Origin: Gordius albopunctatus
Taxonomy: Eukaryota
DNA: 64,000 nucleotides
Assembly (NCBI GenBank): GCA_964276515.1
Contig: OZ193909.1
Coordinates: forward strand, 15,190,001-15,254,000
Direction of reading: 5' to 3'
The notes beneath the pieces are model-generated. The model saw only the letters and a program-made list of their open reading frames with translations, searched no databases and was not told the DNA's origin. Below, in pieces: positions 39,948 through 53,700 of the stretch; the stretch's first letter is position 1, and each line of letters begins with the position of its first letter. The translations under genes and the position numbers were made by a program.

Positions 39948-40593
39948 GATGCTATGAGGGGGATCGATTTCAGCGTGAAGGGATATTTGATAACGTTTTT
40001 TGAGACTTGGGAAAGGTCCGCGATAAAGCGGGGGGAACCATCACTTTTTTGAATGAAGTACATGGGAGATGGTATGGCCAGCGGATTGTTCCAGACTACA
40101 TTGCTGAGGATTACTTCATCCACTAGGCTCTTGTGTTCCGGGGGATGGCTTTAACATATCGAGGAATATGGTACCTGCCATGGTTTTCCGCTATTGCCTT
40201 TCGGGATAATCTAGGCTTGAAACCCCGCGTAGCAATTTTGTGGGTAAATCATGATTGCATGTAATGAGGTTTCAGCATCGAGGTGCGTATGGATAAAGGG
40301 AGAGTAAATTGCGAATATGAAGATAGGGTATGGGAGGGGATATTGGATCCAGACCCACCTCCGTCGACTGATCAAGGAGATGTCCCGGCACATTGGTACG
40401 TTCGGGTAGCGACGTGTTGGAAGGATGAATCGGTTCTTCCAACTCCGGGCCATCGTCGGGAGAGATGGAATTAACAGCGATACTCCTTGCTATGGCAGTG
40501 TAATTATTAAGCCAAGAAGGAATAGTACCACCCCTCACCGACCTCGGCGGGTTATCACTGCTGCCGAGGGTCGCCGCTACCGTCCTAACGTGT

Positions 40594-41313
40594 TCACGTT
40601 CGCTCCGTCCTACACGGAGCCTCCCCTTTTGCGTAAGAGCCTTTCTTCCGTGGAGCATTGAAGCGAGTAGGCGGCCGAAAAAGCTGCACGGGCCCGGTAT
40701 ATTGTCCCATACCCATTTTCTCCGCCCAATCTTTAGATTTCCCGGTTACGGCTTGCCAACCGTAGTAAGAGGCCATAGCAATCGTACGGACCCGGTCGGA
40801 AAATTTGTCTATAGTTTTATCGTAGTCGTTGATTGAATCCGCCAGGCTTAGCAGGAATTCTGCTTCGTGCTTCTGATGCGCTGGCATGGAGTAGTTCGTC
40901 TCCACAGCTTCTCTTAGTCCCTTGAGGCGCAATTTCAGAATTTTGATATTGGAACTGGGGATGTTGGCTGCTCTCGCCCCTTCGTTGGCCAAGAGAGTTT
41001 CCAGCTCGGCTCGAGTCATTGTAACCGACTCGGTTTGCGGGGCAGGGGCCCAATGCGGCCGATCTTCCGCATTGATCGTTTCTCCGCTTCTTCCGAGAAT
41101 CCCACTGTCTATTTTCGCGTCCATTTCGGCTAGCCTATTCAGGATAAGCCTCATCGCTGAATCCGAATCGGTGGCGTTACCTCCTGGCTTAGTGGTGACA
41201 GATTCCTTGTCGTTAGGAGAGCTCATTGGTTTGTTAATTTGGGAAGTGGACTTAGAAAAATATTTACTCAAGGGAATATCGTCGACACTCTTGGAAGGGA
41301 CTTTCCTGGGCAT
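40594..41313 (-). CDS. ORF1 of element 2 (putative gag/capsid-like, 239 aa)
   Basis: Intact ATG-initiated ORF upstream of and overlapping pol, with a basic C-terminus. Homologous to the N-terminal region of element 1. Confidence 0.75.
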   Translation of the reverse strand: MPRKVPSKSVDDIPLSKYFSKSTSQINKPMSSPNDKESVTTKPGGNATDSDSAMRLILNRLAEMDAKIDSGILGRSGETINAEDRPHWAPAPQTESVTMTRAELETLLANEGARAANIPSSNIKILKLRLKGLREAVETNYSMPAHQKHEAEFLLSLADSINDYDKTIDKFSDRVRTIAMASYYGWQAVTGKSKDWAEKMGMGQYTGPVQLFRPPTRFNAPRKKGSYAKGEAPCRTERT

Positions 41314-41341
41314 AAACGAATATAGGGGTAAAAGGGAGTAA

Positions 41342-41441
41342 AAATTTTACAGCAACCGAGAGAAACGATTAAATACGTAAAAAAACCCCATGTGAATTAT
41401 AGTAAAATTCTTAGGAACTTCTACGGTATTTGTCGTAAAGC
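41342..41441 (-). repeat. 5' terminal direct repeat of element 2
   Basis: Copy of 37421-37542. Ends 28 bp before the ORF1 ATG. Confidence 0.9.
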
Positions 41442-44400
41442 GGGCCGGGCCGGGCATTTCTGGTCTCTGATTCGTACATACTTTATTAAAAACGGTAAGT
41501 TACAAATTTTTATTTTGAATCTTTATTGACCTTTTATAATATTTATTTCAGTATTTTAATTATTTAGCAAAGACTTTTTTGAAAATTTTATGTGTTTTGC
41601 TTAAATAATTTTGGACATATTTATTAATTATATATAAATTTCAGAAAAATTTATGAAATACTTCAGATTTATTTAAATAATTTTTGATTTAAAAAATAGT
41701 AATTCATGCAGTTTATATTACATTAATCTGATTATGAATATTGATTATTTTTATAGTTATTAAAAATTTTGTGGGGCTTGGGCTATATTCAGTATTTTTT
41801 AGTAAATTGCAAAAACTTTTTATATAGCATTTCAGACATCTATTTTTTTCTGTATCATCATTATATAGTAATTGCATGTTTTTGATATTTAATTATATGA
41901 AATTTTTAAATTATAGCATGCCAAAGGAAAGTGAGGAGTGTAGAGTTGGATGGAGAGAATGAGTTGTGTTCGCCTATAGGATTTAATAAAAGCTAGAATT
42001 TAAGCTTAGTTAAAAAATATATAATTGTTGTGAATTTAATTTTTAATTTAAAAATAAGATTCATAATATAAATTGTATCAACAATTTTAGCATGCCAAGT
42101 GGAAAGTGTAGAGCTGGATGATGGAGAGAACGAGTTGTGTTCGTCTATAGGAATTAATAAAAGTTAGAATTTGAGGCGCTGCCCCCCCCCCTAATTAGCC
42201 AAATTTATATCCGGAAAATTATTTTTTGGATAGGCGAGACCTTTTTTTGCTCTCAGGAAAAATTTCGGGATAGTCGAGGATAATTTTTTGTTATCTGCCC
42301 CCCCCCTAATTCAAAAGCTGGCTACGCCCATGCTCTTATTATTAAATAATTTAAAATAGAGAAGCTAATTTATAAAGTCATGAAAATCTGTTAAAATAAA
42401 ATTTGAGCAAATTAATTTATGCCAACAAGTGCAAAATGAATGAATGTGACAGTTAAGAATATACACTAAATAGGTGCATCATTGATTAAACAAATACCAT
42501 TTCCATTTTCACATACTAATTAAGACCATCTAATAAATTAATATTTTGTCGTCAACTTTTGTTTTAAATACTATAATCCATATTAAAAAAACGTTAGACG
42601 TCCGTTTGTGATAGGTCTAAACATTGCGCAGCCAAGGGCGGCTGCCCCTCCCCTCTAATTCAAAAAATGTAATATAATAATTTTAGACACTTTTAAGCCG
42701 GTTATGAAACTTGTATGGGCCACCTGAGCTCATTATTAAATTTATTTGGCCGCTCAAGTCCGGTCCGTTATTTTTTATTTTCAAAGCCCGGATGTAGTCG
42801 CCCGTTGGGTGGGCTTTTAGGCCATTCCACGGGCCTGACCTTGTGTTGTAAATTTAATCATTACCCGGGCTATGCTAAACTTTGGTTTCTTGTACAATCC
42901 TAATGCCCTTAAAGAATGTTGCCTTTAACATTATATTTTAAATATATTTATTTTACTACCATATATATAAACTGATCACTTTTCGTTTAACTATTATTAT
43001 ATTAGTTGTATTATATAAGCACAATACCATCCGAGTTTAACTTAGTATTATGGTATACTTACCGTTTGAACGCTACATTACGCTGCTTGTGATCCAATCC
43101 ATAAGATCATAATTTATTAGTTGTTATGCAATTTATGGGCTCACTTTTCGTTTGTCTTAAGTGTCCTGTCTACCTTACAATTTTTGCATAATTGCCGTGG
43201 AAATTTATAAGAGTTTTTAATGTCTGTAAATGCCTTTTATTCTTCATTCGCAAATACACTATTATGACCGCTGGTTTGCTTTAATTTTTGACCTCGCCCA
43301 AATTCCCTTTTTGGCTCGACTGATCTGATTTATACATAAATTCTGTTTGCAACTTGTCTAGGTTGTTGCTATATATCGGATGTTTGCGAAACTCCCTAAA
43401 TTCCGGCCAAATTAATGATGACCGTTGTTTACTTCTACTTTATCTGACCCCGGGCCAAAGGCCAAAATTTTAATAAGGACTCAAAAGTAATCAATTTGGA
43501 AATTACCTTTTGCAAACAAGTTTTATTATGAGTTTTGAAAGCCAAGTTATACATTATCGAATATGTTCTTTGATAGAAGAGACTATCAGGCTTAAACAAT
43601 AGTAATTATTTAGATTTCAAGATATATAAATGATAATAACTTTACTCCGCTGGTATTTTGTTAAGCCTCAAATCTTGGCTTCTATCTTAAGTAATTATTT
43701 ACTACTCAAATCTGGGGATAAGTGGGTAACTATTATAAAACTATATATTGATAATGTTTTGGATTTATTTATTTTAAAATATTAGGATCCCTTATTAAGG
43801 TTAAGCGTAAACTATCTATTGCTTAGTCATTCATGATATTTATTTAAAAATTCTAAGAGCACTTAAACTAATTTATAATTTTTTATACAGACTATACTCT
43901 ACTGATTATTTATTATAAAGCCCTCAAACCAATTTAAAAAATCATTCTTTTTATAATTTAAATATCTAATCGTTGGTATGGAAAGGTAAGTAACTTGGAA
44001 ACGGGGGGCGGGCTTTTTTTAAACGTGGAGAGAGACCGTAGTTAAACGTTGGACAGGATAGGACTTTTTTCCTAGTGAGGGGGAATCGCAGAGTAAACTA
44101 TCAGATTTTAAAACACCCTAGGGTATGTACATTTTATAAGAGAAAAGCATAAATTTATTTTAATGACGTTCAAAAATAATTTTAACATTCGCGTTTATTC
44201 CTTTGACTAAGACGTACAAAAATAATAAAATCTAGTATAAAAATTCACAATTATACAGAAATATGGTGGATTTTCATGATTAATTGGTTATTATTAAATT
44301 ACGGTGTAATGGTTGTAGACTACTGATTGGTGGAATGAAGTTGAGGATAGATCATCAATTACTGCTCGTTCTCATTTACATTATTTATACATAGTGACTC

Positions 44401-44726
44401 AACGAGAACGACCATAAATAGCTTGGGCATCGAGGGAAGATGTTTTGGCCAGGTAGAAGGGCAGAGACATTTTGTCATATAGCAAGAACAAAAACTTTTC
44501 TATAATAATATGTTTTTATATAAAACTAGGATCTAAATTTCTAAAGTTCGGTCAATGCACAAAAAAAAGTAACGACAATATATACATTTTACAGGTCAAT
44601 GTGGTGTTAAATTTATTTTTGCCAAATAAACGCCGACGTAAGCTCAAAGGAGCGATATATGATTACAAATAATGTGTGCCTAGAATCCGATGAGCGCTTG
44701 GCCGGACCTACATCCAAAATCGATTA

Positions 44727-47700
44727 TCAAGACGGTAGGACGATCCATTGATTTTTATCGACGTTATTTTGAAATTTTTCGGGTTGGGATTCTTGAGTAA
44801 AATCTTCGTCTCTGCAATAACCCGGTTTAATAGGACGAACGGTTATACCTCGCCTAATGTTGTCGGTAAAATCATGTATTGCACATTTTATCTTTGACCG
44901 GGCGAGAGCGAAAATAGGGTTGTTGAAACATTATTTTCAAGGATTAAATAAATTTAATGGGCTTTTGATTTATGGGACATATTAAGATTTTTTTATTAAT
45001 ACTTTTAATATTATAAACCTCTTTATGAGCCTCTAATTAGAAAAATATATAAATTGAAACTAAGTTAAGTATTGGCCAATAAGTTTTAGGCCTTAAGTCT
45101 CCTTCAACAGACCCCCCCCCGCCCCCCTAACTCGACTCAGTCTAACTAATATTCAAAATTAAGGTTTGACAATCAGAAAATTCGTTTCAAAGTTAAGAAT
45201 TGACCATCTTCAATAAATGGACAATACGAGTTTGTTCACGTTGCACAGCGTTATAAATAAATTCACTTTACGTTAATTATTATTATTATCGCCCGCTTTT
45301 GACTCTTACACATTAATGATTGGGCGAGTTGGATTTAGGTATCAGGGCTAAGATTCTATGATTATTTTTGAAGCGCTACCCTTAGTATATATTACACGTT
45401 CATGAGGAGTTGAAGGCACTTACAATAATAAAGTTTACTCAATTTCGACATTTCAAATAGTAATTAATACAATCAAACCTAATCATGCGACATCGCTGTT
45501 CGTCGAGCCGATATTCTGCGTGGCTCAAGTTATTCACTTCTTTAGGACTCCACAATCTTTCAGCCACAGCGGCAGCCCTCGGCCTAAAACGTTAAAATTA
45601 TTATCAATAAATTTGTTTGAATAAATATAATATTTAAGGTAGTCAGTCAAAATTATACTTTCTATTTTTCGTGTATCTCTACTGTCTAACTTCCTTCTTG
45701 CAGACTTCAATTTCGCTTTAGAAGCTTTTTTTAGAGATGCGTTGTAATTGTAATCTTTTTATCATTTAAAAGGATTTGGCGAAGGACAAATATTAATAAC
45801 TTAATAAATTTTTGAAAATAATATATATTTCTTAAGCTTAAATAAGTAGTCTATAAATAAATATCATCTAAATTATAAAAACATATAAATTCGTTAAAAT
45901 GCATGATGGAAAAATATTGGAAGGGGTCAAGATTGTAATTGTACCAATGTGAAATGAAGTATTGATAATAGTAAAAAAATTTAAGGCAAAACAAAACTGA
46001 TTGTATTAGATAGAATTACACATTTAGTTAAATAATAAATACTACTACTTACTACTGAATTTCCTTTAAAGTTTGGAATTTAACATGGAAGTTTATCAAA
46101 TTAAATGTAATAAATGGTTATTAAAAACAATCTATATTCTACAACGCACCAAATGACGCCCAATATGGTAGAGTCATCCACGTATTCCGTCCACATGCAA
46201 ACCTCACCTCCAATGATCGCTGAACCAGACGCTGGCTTAGTTCGGGAGCCAGAATCTAGGTAAAAAACAAAAGAAAAATTACGTGTGTAGTAAATGAATT
46301 AGAAGTCGTGAAAAATAACTTCCTATTGAAATATTATAATCCACCCTGCCCGTTTCAATTAAGGCGACGCTGTATAAAAGGATTGGATTGATAAATTTCC
46401 TATAAAACAACATTCAAAAGCCCCGTGTTTTGCAAAAATAGGATTTTTTTGATTAATTCTGAATAAAGGTGACTTTATTTGATAGACGGCTTGAGGGGCC
46501 TGATATCTAAAAGCCATGGGTCTTGATTTAGTCCAGTCTAGATGTAAAACTTCTTATAGCTCATGCAGGTCAGTATGAACGTTGTTTTGTTATAGCCCGC
46601 CTTCGATTTAAAAAGCAGGGAAATAAAAAATGTAGCTGACCTAGGTAAGAATCGAGGTCTTGCGAGTAAAAGCGTTTCCAGTCTTCTTTGGTTTGTTCGG
46701 TGTCCAGGTACCAGGGAGCTGATACGATAATTTTATAGCCCATGGCGGCGTATTTGGGAACTTTCTCTGCCAGCAAGTAACCCCAATTTTTCCAAATTTG
46801 TATGATTGTATCCCTTGGGATCTGTTTCATTTTAATTTAGTTAGTGTAAAATGGTAAATGTGACGATAGACGCATTATGTCCAACTACTTATGCTAGCCT
46901 AACTTAATTCTCGCTCAATTTTGTATTGACACTAAGTCCTAAACACCACAAGTAAATTTATCTATTTACTAGCAAGTAGCGATGTCTAACCGTAATTTTA
47001 TTTAAAAAAGTTACGGACTCACGAGCTCCTGAATCAAGCTTTAAAATTTGATAAAAAATTATATTTAAGAGGATAGGTTAATGGGTATGTTTTTTTGAAT
47101 CTTTTTACACATATATTTCATGTTAGATATAGGTCACTATATATTAAAAACGTTATAAACTTGTTTAAGGGTCGGGTTGCAATCAAATTTAATTGATATA
47201 TTCACGCGCATTTTACTTTAATACCATCTTCCAGGGGGTCTTCCCACACAATCGCTTTTTTGGGGATGTTATTAATAATGTTCATCGTTTTTTGCACGTA
47301 CTTTTGGAACGCAACTTTATAAGGATCGAAATAGGCAGAGGTCGTCAAATTGTTGATGTCAGGATTGGAACGCCTAGCGGTAAAAAAGGGAGTTTTAAAA
47401 TTGGGCAAATATTATTTGTAATAAATGTTAGTTTTACACGAGTATTTAATACCGCATATCTTTTAAGAAACAAAAGTTATTATAGTATAACGGTTATCTA
47501 AAACAAACCCTCTATGTTCTAGTAACCGGTTTTTGTCAAGAAACGACTTTCGGCCAAAAAAACATTTAAATTTGTCATTTAATAAAAAGCAACTATCTTA
47601 CGAGAGATGTCAAGTATAAAAATCAGAGATGGTATAGTTCGCTAAAAACATAACACAAATTTTAACTACCAAGTCTTTGACAATTAAAAAGAATCATTCT

Positions 47701-50700
47701 TGAAACGACATCTTTTAAGCATTAAATAATTACATTGGCTTTCGGGTTAGAACCCCTCCCATGATTTCCAATGTATATAATTTTTATATTCCATTTCTAA
47801 TAAAAATAAATATTTGTTACTTTTAGTATTTTATTATTTTTACGCTATTGTCACTTTAAACTTTTAGGGAAAAACATTTTTATCCAAAATAATAGTTACA
47901 AACAAAATTGCACCTTGAAAATTTTATAGCCCCCCCCCCCCTTGAGGAAATCCTAGTTACGCCTATTAATTTTTCCATAATTTTTTATTATATACTGGTA
48001 TTTTCAAGAAATAAATACATAAAAATACAATATATTCTGACTAAGTATCAATAAATATAAAATTAAACAACAAACTTCCTCAAAAACTATGTTAAATAAT
48101 AGTTAATTAAATAGTCATTGCAAAAATGAATGGTTTACAATGCAAAAGCTGTCATTTTAGTCGTGAACAAGATTGTTATAATGTTTTCATTGTCACCATA
48201 ATATATATCCTCTATTCCATCGATTGGAAAATTTAAACACTCTTAGTATGCAACAATAACAATAAAGGTAACTCAAAAATTCATTTAATTTAAAACTGCA
48301 AAGGTCGTCACACTATAGTGGGATTTCCAGAAGCTGTTATACTACGTAAAAAATCCTAAAGAGGCATCATAGCCACCTAAATTGACAATGTATTTCCTGG
48401 TCGATCTTATTTTAATGAATTACCAGCAATCGGGAAAGGCTTCGTCCATTCCAGCATGAAAGAACTTGTCGGGAAAAAGTTGTCCAACTTCGTTGAATAA
48501 TTCATGCACGAAAGCATACGTTTCAGGGTCGAGAGGATTCAAGTTTTCTCTGGCTCGATGGTATGGAATGTTGGCCGTTCCCGGTGTTTTACCATCGCCA
48601 TAACATGGCGTCAAGATTTCTGGAAGTTAAAAATAATACACATAAATTATCAGGGTACCATTATGTGAAATTCTACCAAAAATTAATACGAGGCCTGTTT
48701 GATGAGAAACATGGAAATAAATAATAAGGAAAAAAATAAATAAAACGTAGTTTTTAAAAATCGAAAAAGTTGATAAGGCCTCTTCGCTCTAGTTTATAAT
48801 ATAGCTCTTTCAAAACTGGCAACCTATAAAATTAAGTGTTTTCTGTCTTTGGTCCTAAAATTTAAAGATTCCAAAAATTAAATCAATAAAATTGGTTTAA
48901 ATGTTATTTACAAGGACATTTAAAAATCTTAATATAAATCCTGTCAAACTTTATTCATCTTTCCTTTCCAATTATATTAGATTTTGTCATCTAAGCAGCG
49001 CTTAGAATGAAAAATTATTCATGTATTTTACAAAAACGGAGACAAAATTGACTTTCAATTGTATAAAACATGGCTTGAAAGATGATACAGCCACCTTTTA
49101 TAATTAAAAAATAAAATTTAGAAGAGGTGTCATACATTTGCCTACTACGACCACCTTACTTTTAAATTATAGATTATTCAGTTTAAAAAATTGATTAAAA
49201 TATATGCCCACACTCTGCTTTTAATTGTTATTCGAATATTTAAAAAATATAAAAATGTTGACACGTTAGCATTTTTAAATTTTTTACAGATCGGTTGACA
49301 ACACCTAGATTGTTTACTAATAGAGTCATTTAATCTAACAATTAACAAAAACTTATGAATTAAAGTAATAAATATTTTTTAATTAAATTTACCCGGGTGC
49401 GATTTGCCCCACGAGAAGGTGTGACCGGGTGTATCAAATTCCGGTATAACCCTAATTCCCCGCAATCGGGCGTACTCAATCAACTCCAAAATATCGTCTC
49501 GCGTGTACACGTGTTTAGGCGAGTAGGCCCCCTTTCGTAAAATGTTAAAAGAAGATACGTTAAAAAACCAGCCAAAGTAAGGATCTTGTACCACAAACCT
49601 AATCGAGATTTTTGCCTAGCCTGGGGGCAAATTTAAAAATTTCTACCCACTAAAAACTCATAAATTGCATTGTCTTCGTCTAATCATTGCTAAACTCATT
49701 TGGGCCCCCTTCTAGCTACATACTCCTAACCGAACCCGTGTTTATACGTATCCCACGCACCCGAGAGGCGTTTAAGTTGTAAACTTTTTTTGGATAAATC
49801 CTAAATATACGAAAATAAATGCAATGCAAGCATAAAGTGCTTATAATCATCGATGGTCTAGCTAGGTTGACACTTAAGCAGAGTTAGATGCTCAATACTT
49901 TTTATCAGTAAAAAACGAATCCAAGTACAGAGCGCATCGAGTTTTATGCAAAGTCCAGCACCGTGTTATCAAACCCGAATTCGGATCGAGTCGCGTCAAA
50001 AAATTAAAAAAATTGGATCCCTTCGGGGTGAAAGCAAAAATGGAATTATGTATTTGGTTAGAATTAAAATGCAACTCTTGCATTTATGATAGAGAATCGT
50101 TCAACAAGATTAAATAAATTAATTCCTGGTTTTAATAAATTTTGAAGTTTAAACTAATAACTGTAAAAGGGAAGTTTTGTTTGGATCTATATTGGGGTTA
50201 AATAACTTCTCTAAAACTCTATTCTTAGCATACTTTGTATAAAATGATATACTTTAGACTTTTTCAACTGAAATGCTTAAAACAAAATAAGATTTTGGAT
50301 TTGCTATTAAAGTCCAATAAGGAAAACCATATACAATTGAATAATGCGATAATATATTAGGAAAAATAGTCAAAATATTTTTAAATATAATTGTAGGGCT
50401 GACGAATTTATTTGTTAAGTTCATTTAATTTCAAAACCCGCAAATTATATATAAATGTTTAAACACATTAATAATATTTTTAGCATGCCCGTGAACATTT
50501 TAGCTCCACCTAAGCTGTTTGTTAGTAAAATTGTAGTATTTTAGAACCTTAGCCGATAATTCTGGGAAGCGCAGAGATTGATAAGGAAACGACTGATCGT
50601 CCACAATGTGCCAATGGAAGACGTTCAGCTTGTTATAACTCATCCCATCCTATTTAAAGAACAATAACAGCGTTGTAAGAATTATTAATAAGTTATAATA

Positions 50701-53700
50701 CCCTATTAATGTAATAATTTAAAGATTTAAAATAATTTTGCATTTCTGCAATAATTTTGCAAATTAGATGAACCAGAACACATTATATAGGAAGGCTCAT
50801 GCCGAGGTAAAATTACAACTTTGATACTTTTAGAATCTTATTCCCTGGAGTAAAACGTTCTTATAATTTTTTTCGAATATTAACATTTTTAAAATTGAGT
50901 ATTTATGAATGTCATTTAGATAAAAAAAATCAATTTAAATATGTTTGAAAACGATAGAAGTAACTTAGGAGGAGCAGTATATGAACAAAGTGATAGTTTC
51001 TAAAAAATTATTTTTGGTGTATATTATAAGCATATTTGGTGGTACTCGTTTCGCTACGTTAATAAGCTTGAAAAATATTTGTCGAAAATTTAAGGATTTT
51101 AATTTGAAATGATGCAATAGAATGGCTTACCATTATTTTTTTGATCGTCGGAACTGTAATGAAATGTCGCGCGGTGTCGAGTAAAAGCCCCCTGTGCTTA
51201 TACCGAGGACCATCCATTATGCGTTGTTTAGTCATAATATACTAAACGTAAAAAAATTAAATGCTAATCAATTTGAGTATTTCTTATAAATTTTTTAATA
51301 TTTAAAAATTAAATGTTTGCAATAATAAGTATTACCAAAGCTTAAGGCAAAATATATACAAGTTTCAAAATATTAAAATTTTGGCATATTTTTATCTCGT
51401 TTAGATACCGTATTATTAGGTGAACGATTGATCAATTGGCTAAACGTTTCGAGACCTGTTTATTATAATAGACAATTAAAAACTAAATAACAATCTAAAG
51501 AATTAAGAAATTTAGGCAATTTTTTATGTGGGCTTTATTTTAAAATCGATAACAATCTTTTAGGGGCACTGCGCGCGCTAATGTATAATTGCTTGTGACA
51601 GGTTACATTAGTCTTTAAGCAAAGGTCGATATCAATAATAATCCGCAGCCATTATATTTTATGTAATACCAAGATGTAATAGCTTTGAGGTTAGTAGGTG
51701 CCCTCTTTATTTAGGCGAATATAGCAATACTATTTTCTTATTATACATTTAGTAAAACTATTTTATTTGTAAAAACCTATACTATCGTGATTTATTTGGC
51801 TAAATGGGGTTAGCAAACATATTTAGTTCGGTGATGTTAATCGTATATTTAAATAAACGCTCCGGACAGCCTAAATTTTATTAGCTAAATTTTCATTGAT
51901 ACGAGATATCTTCTAAACAAACCTCTCAGAGCGCCCCAAACTGAACGGGCCGTTATGCGAGCTTCGTAAATTTCATCTATTTCAATCCCGTAATCGCTGT
52001 GTGAAGCCTGATTGTTGTCATTATCACGTGGTGTATCGTTAGTGTCTTGAGGAAACTTACTTCGGGCAAAGGCATCGGTAAAATTCGGGTCAAAGTAGTT
52101 GGCTAAGTAGAATTTGTCTAATGACATAAATGAAAATAGTAGGAAAAAATGTTTAAATTCATTTCACACTAACAGAGTTTGGCAAGACACAATCTGCTCT
52201 AAATTGAATGTCAGATCCTAAAATTAGTGGTACATTTTTAACCCAACCCAACCCAAGTCACCCGACTCTGTAGTAATCGTAACGACGTAACTCAAACTAA
52301 ACTTTCAATTTATATAAAAAATTAAGAAGTATTGAATACAAACATCTAATAAAGAGTCAATGCCCACCGATTCATGCTAGATTTTATAAATTTCAGGCAA
52401 CAGTAACATATAGTGCGCACCAAAAGTGTAAAAATTTTATGAATTCGGTTCGGGTTTCTGGTCACTTGTAGTTAGGAAGAATTCTATTTGGATTTCACCT
52501 TAACGGAATTTAATATACGAATTTTTGTAGGCGCGTCAATGATAATATTGCTTCAAGGAAAAGCACCTAAATATTTTACATAATTTCGTCCAAAAAACTC
52601 GTGATATATAAACGTTAAACCAATTTAAAAGCAAGCTTTTCCCGTCATAAAAATTTTTAGTAAGCGTATTTTCTTTGTAATGGGTTTTAAAAATATTTAT
52701 TTTAGTTTTTACATATATCGTAGCAAAATATTTAGATAACTGAATATTTAAATAAAAAGTATACAAACCCAATTCGTTTTAGTGCATTTCAATTTTTACT
52801 AAAAGCAGCAATAGCATGCCGATATATAGAATTGTTATTTTTTAAAATGTTGATTATTTATATTGTGCTAGTCGTGCCAGTGGGATTTCTTATAAATAAT
52901 CATAACCGTCTTCCATATATAGTGTATCCAAGTATTTATTTAATCGTTTTTATAAACTAATATAGCATAATGTTTGCCGACTGTTGATCGACAAATGAAT
53001 CGTGCTGAACGAGGCCTAAAATCAACCTTAAAAACCTTTTAATTTATGTACGTTTTTGAGGCAAATTTCGATGCATTTATCCCCAGGCTTGAAATTGCAT
53101 TAATTATTATTTGACTTTTCCATTATTAAATAGATTTTCCGATAGTGTTATGTCATTGATAGATTTCCTAAGTAGGTAATTAATTCAAGTCTTAACCTTG
53201 TAAAAATACAATTATTGTCCCTAGGGTAATGTCGGTTTTACAAATTTATGACGAGAAAAGTTTAAATATATATTTTCCAACTGATCTTAGTAATATACAA
53301 AAATCCATTGTAGGTTCGATTAATGAGCTTAATTTAACAATTGGCTAAGTAAAAGATGAAAACCCCCTCTATCTCCAATGCTGGCATCTTTAAAAATATG
53401 GACAAAGTTTCAAAATTAATTTATCTCAAGGTCATTGTTTTAGGCGCACGTTAGGCTAAAAGTGCATCCTTTACAAGTGTCGTGCAAAAGAATGTTAGTT
53501 TTGTGTTTTTGTCATAGTTTTGTGCTGCCTTCAAAACAATTTTGACATGTTTATACTAATGGTCGCTCGAACGAGGAACTTTAATGAGGTCACCCGGCGC
53601 CCCTTGAGTTAGTTAGGTTTCGGCTTAATTTATGCCATTGTTTTTGGTAGAAAATGAATTAAATGTCACAATGTAAACGAGCTTTCGTCCGCAGTCGAGC

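Larger units (their letters stand above)
37546..40658 (-). pseudogene. RT-RNase H polymerase of element 2, disrupted by stops, frameshift(s) and two MITEs
   Basis: YFIQKSDGSPRFIADLSQVSK, KIDMKSAFFSIPL, LPMGASFSPY, YLDD (in-frame TGA at 38446), GDAS, ITDS, NQADIPSR. Removing both MITEs restores SIPLIASTLSDSLF in frame. Confidence 0.88.
37421..41441 (-). mobile_element. RT element 2: direct repeat - ORF1 - RT/RNase H - direct repeat
   Basis: Repeats at 37421-37542 and 41342-41441. ORF1 at 40594..41313. Pol fragments at 40658-37546. Confidence 0.85.
37174..41469. mobile_element. Non-autonomous hAT-type element (family C) carrying RT element 2
   Basis: Imperfect TIR CAGAGGTCAGA / TCTGGTCTCTG, GCCCG subterminal repeats. 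TSD ATTCGTAC at 37166-37173 and 41470-41477. Confidence 0.85.
36847..42332. mobile_element. Non-autonomous hAT-type element (family B), outer layer of a nested cluster
   Basis: TIR CATGGGCGTAGCCAG / CTGGCTACGCCCATG. TSD CTCTTATT at 36839-36846 and 42333-42340. Confidence 0.85.

Noticed and set aside
37421..41441. Canonical LTR retrotransposon (Gypsy/Copia/BEL)
   Set aside because: No TG...CA ends, TSD, protease or integrase, and the RT/RH motifs are of the DIRS/hepadna type.
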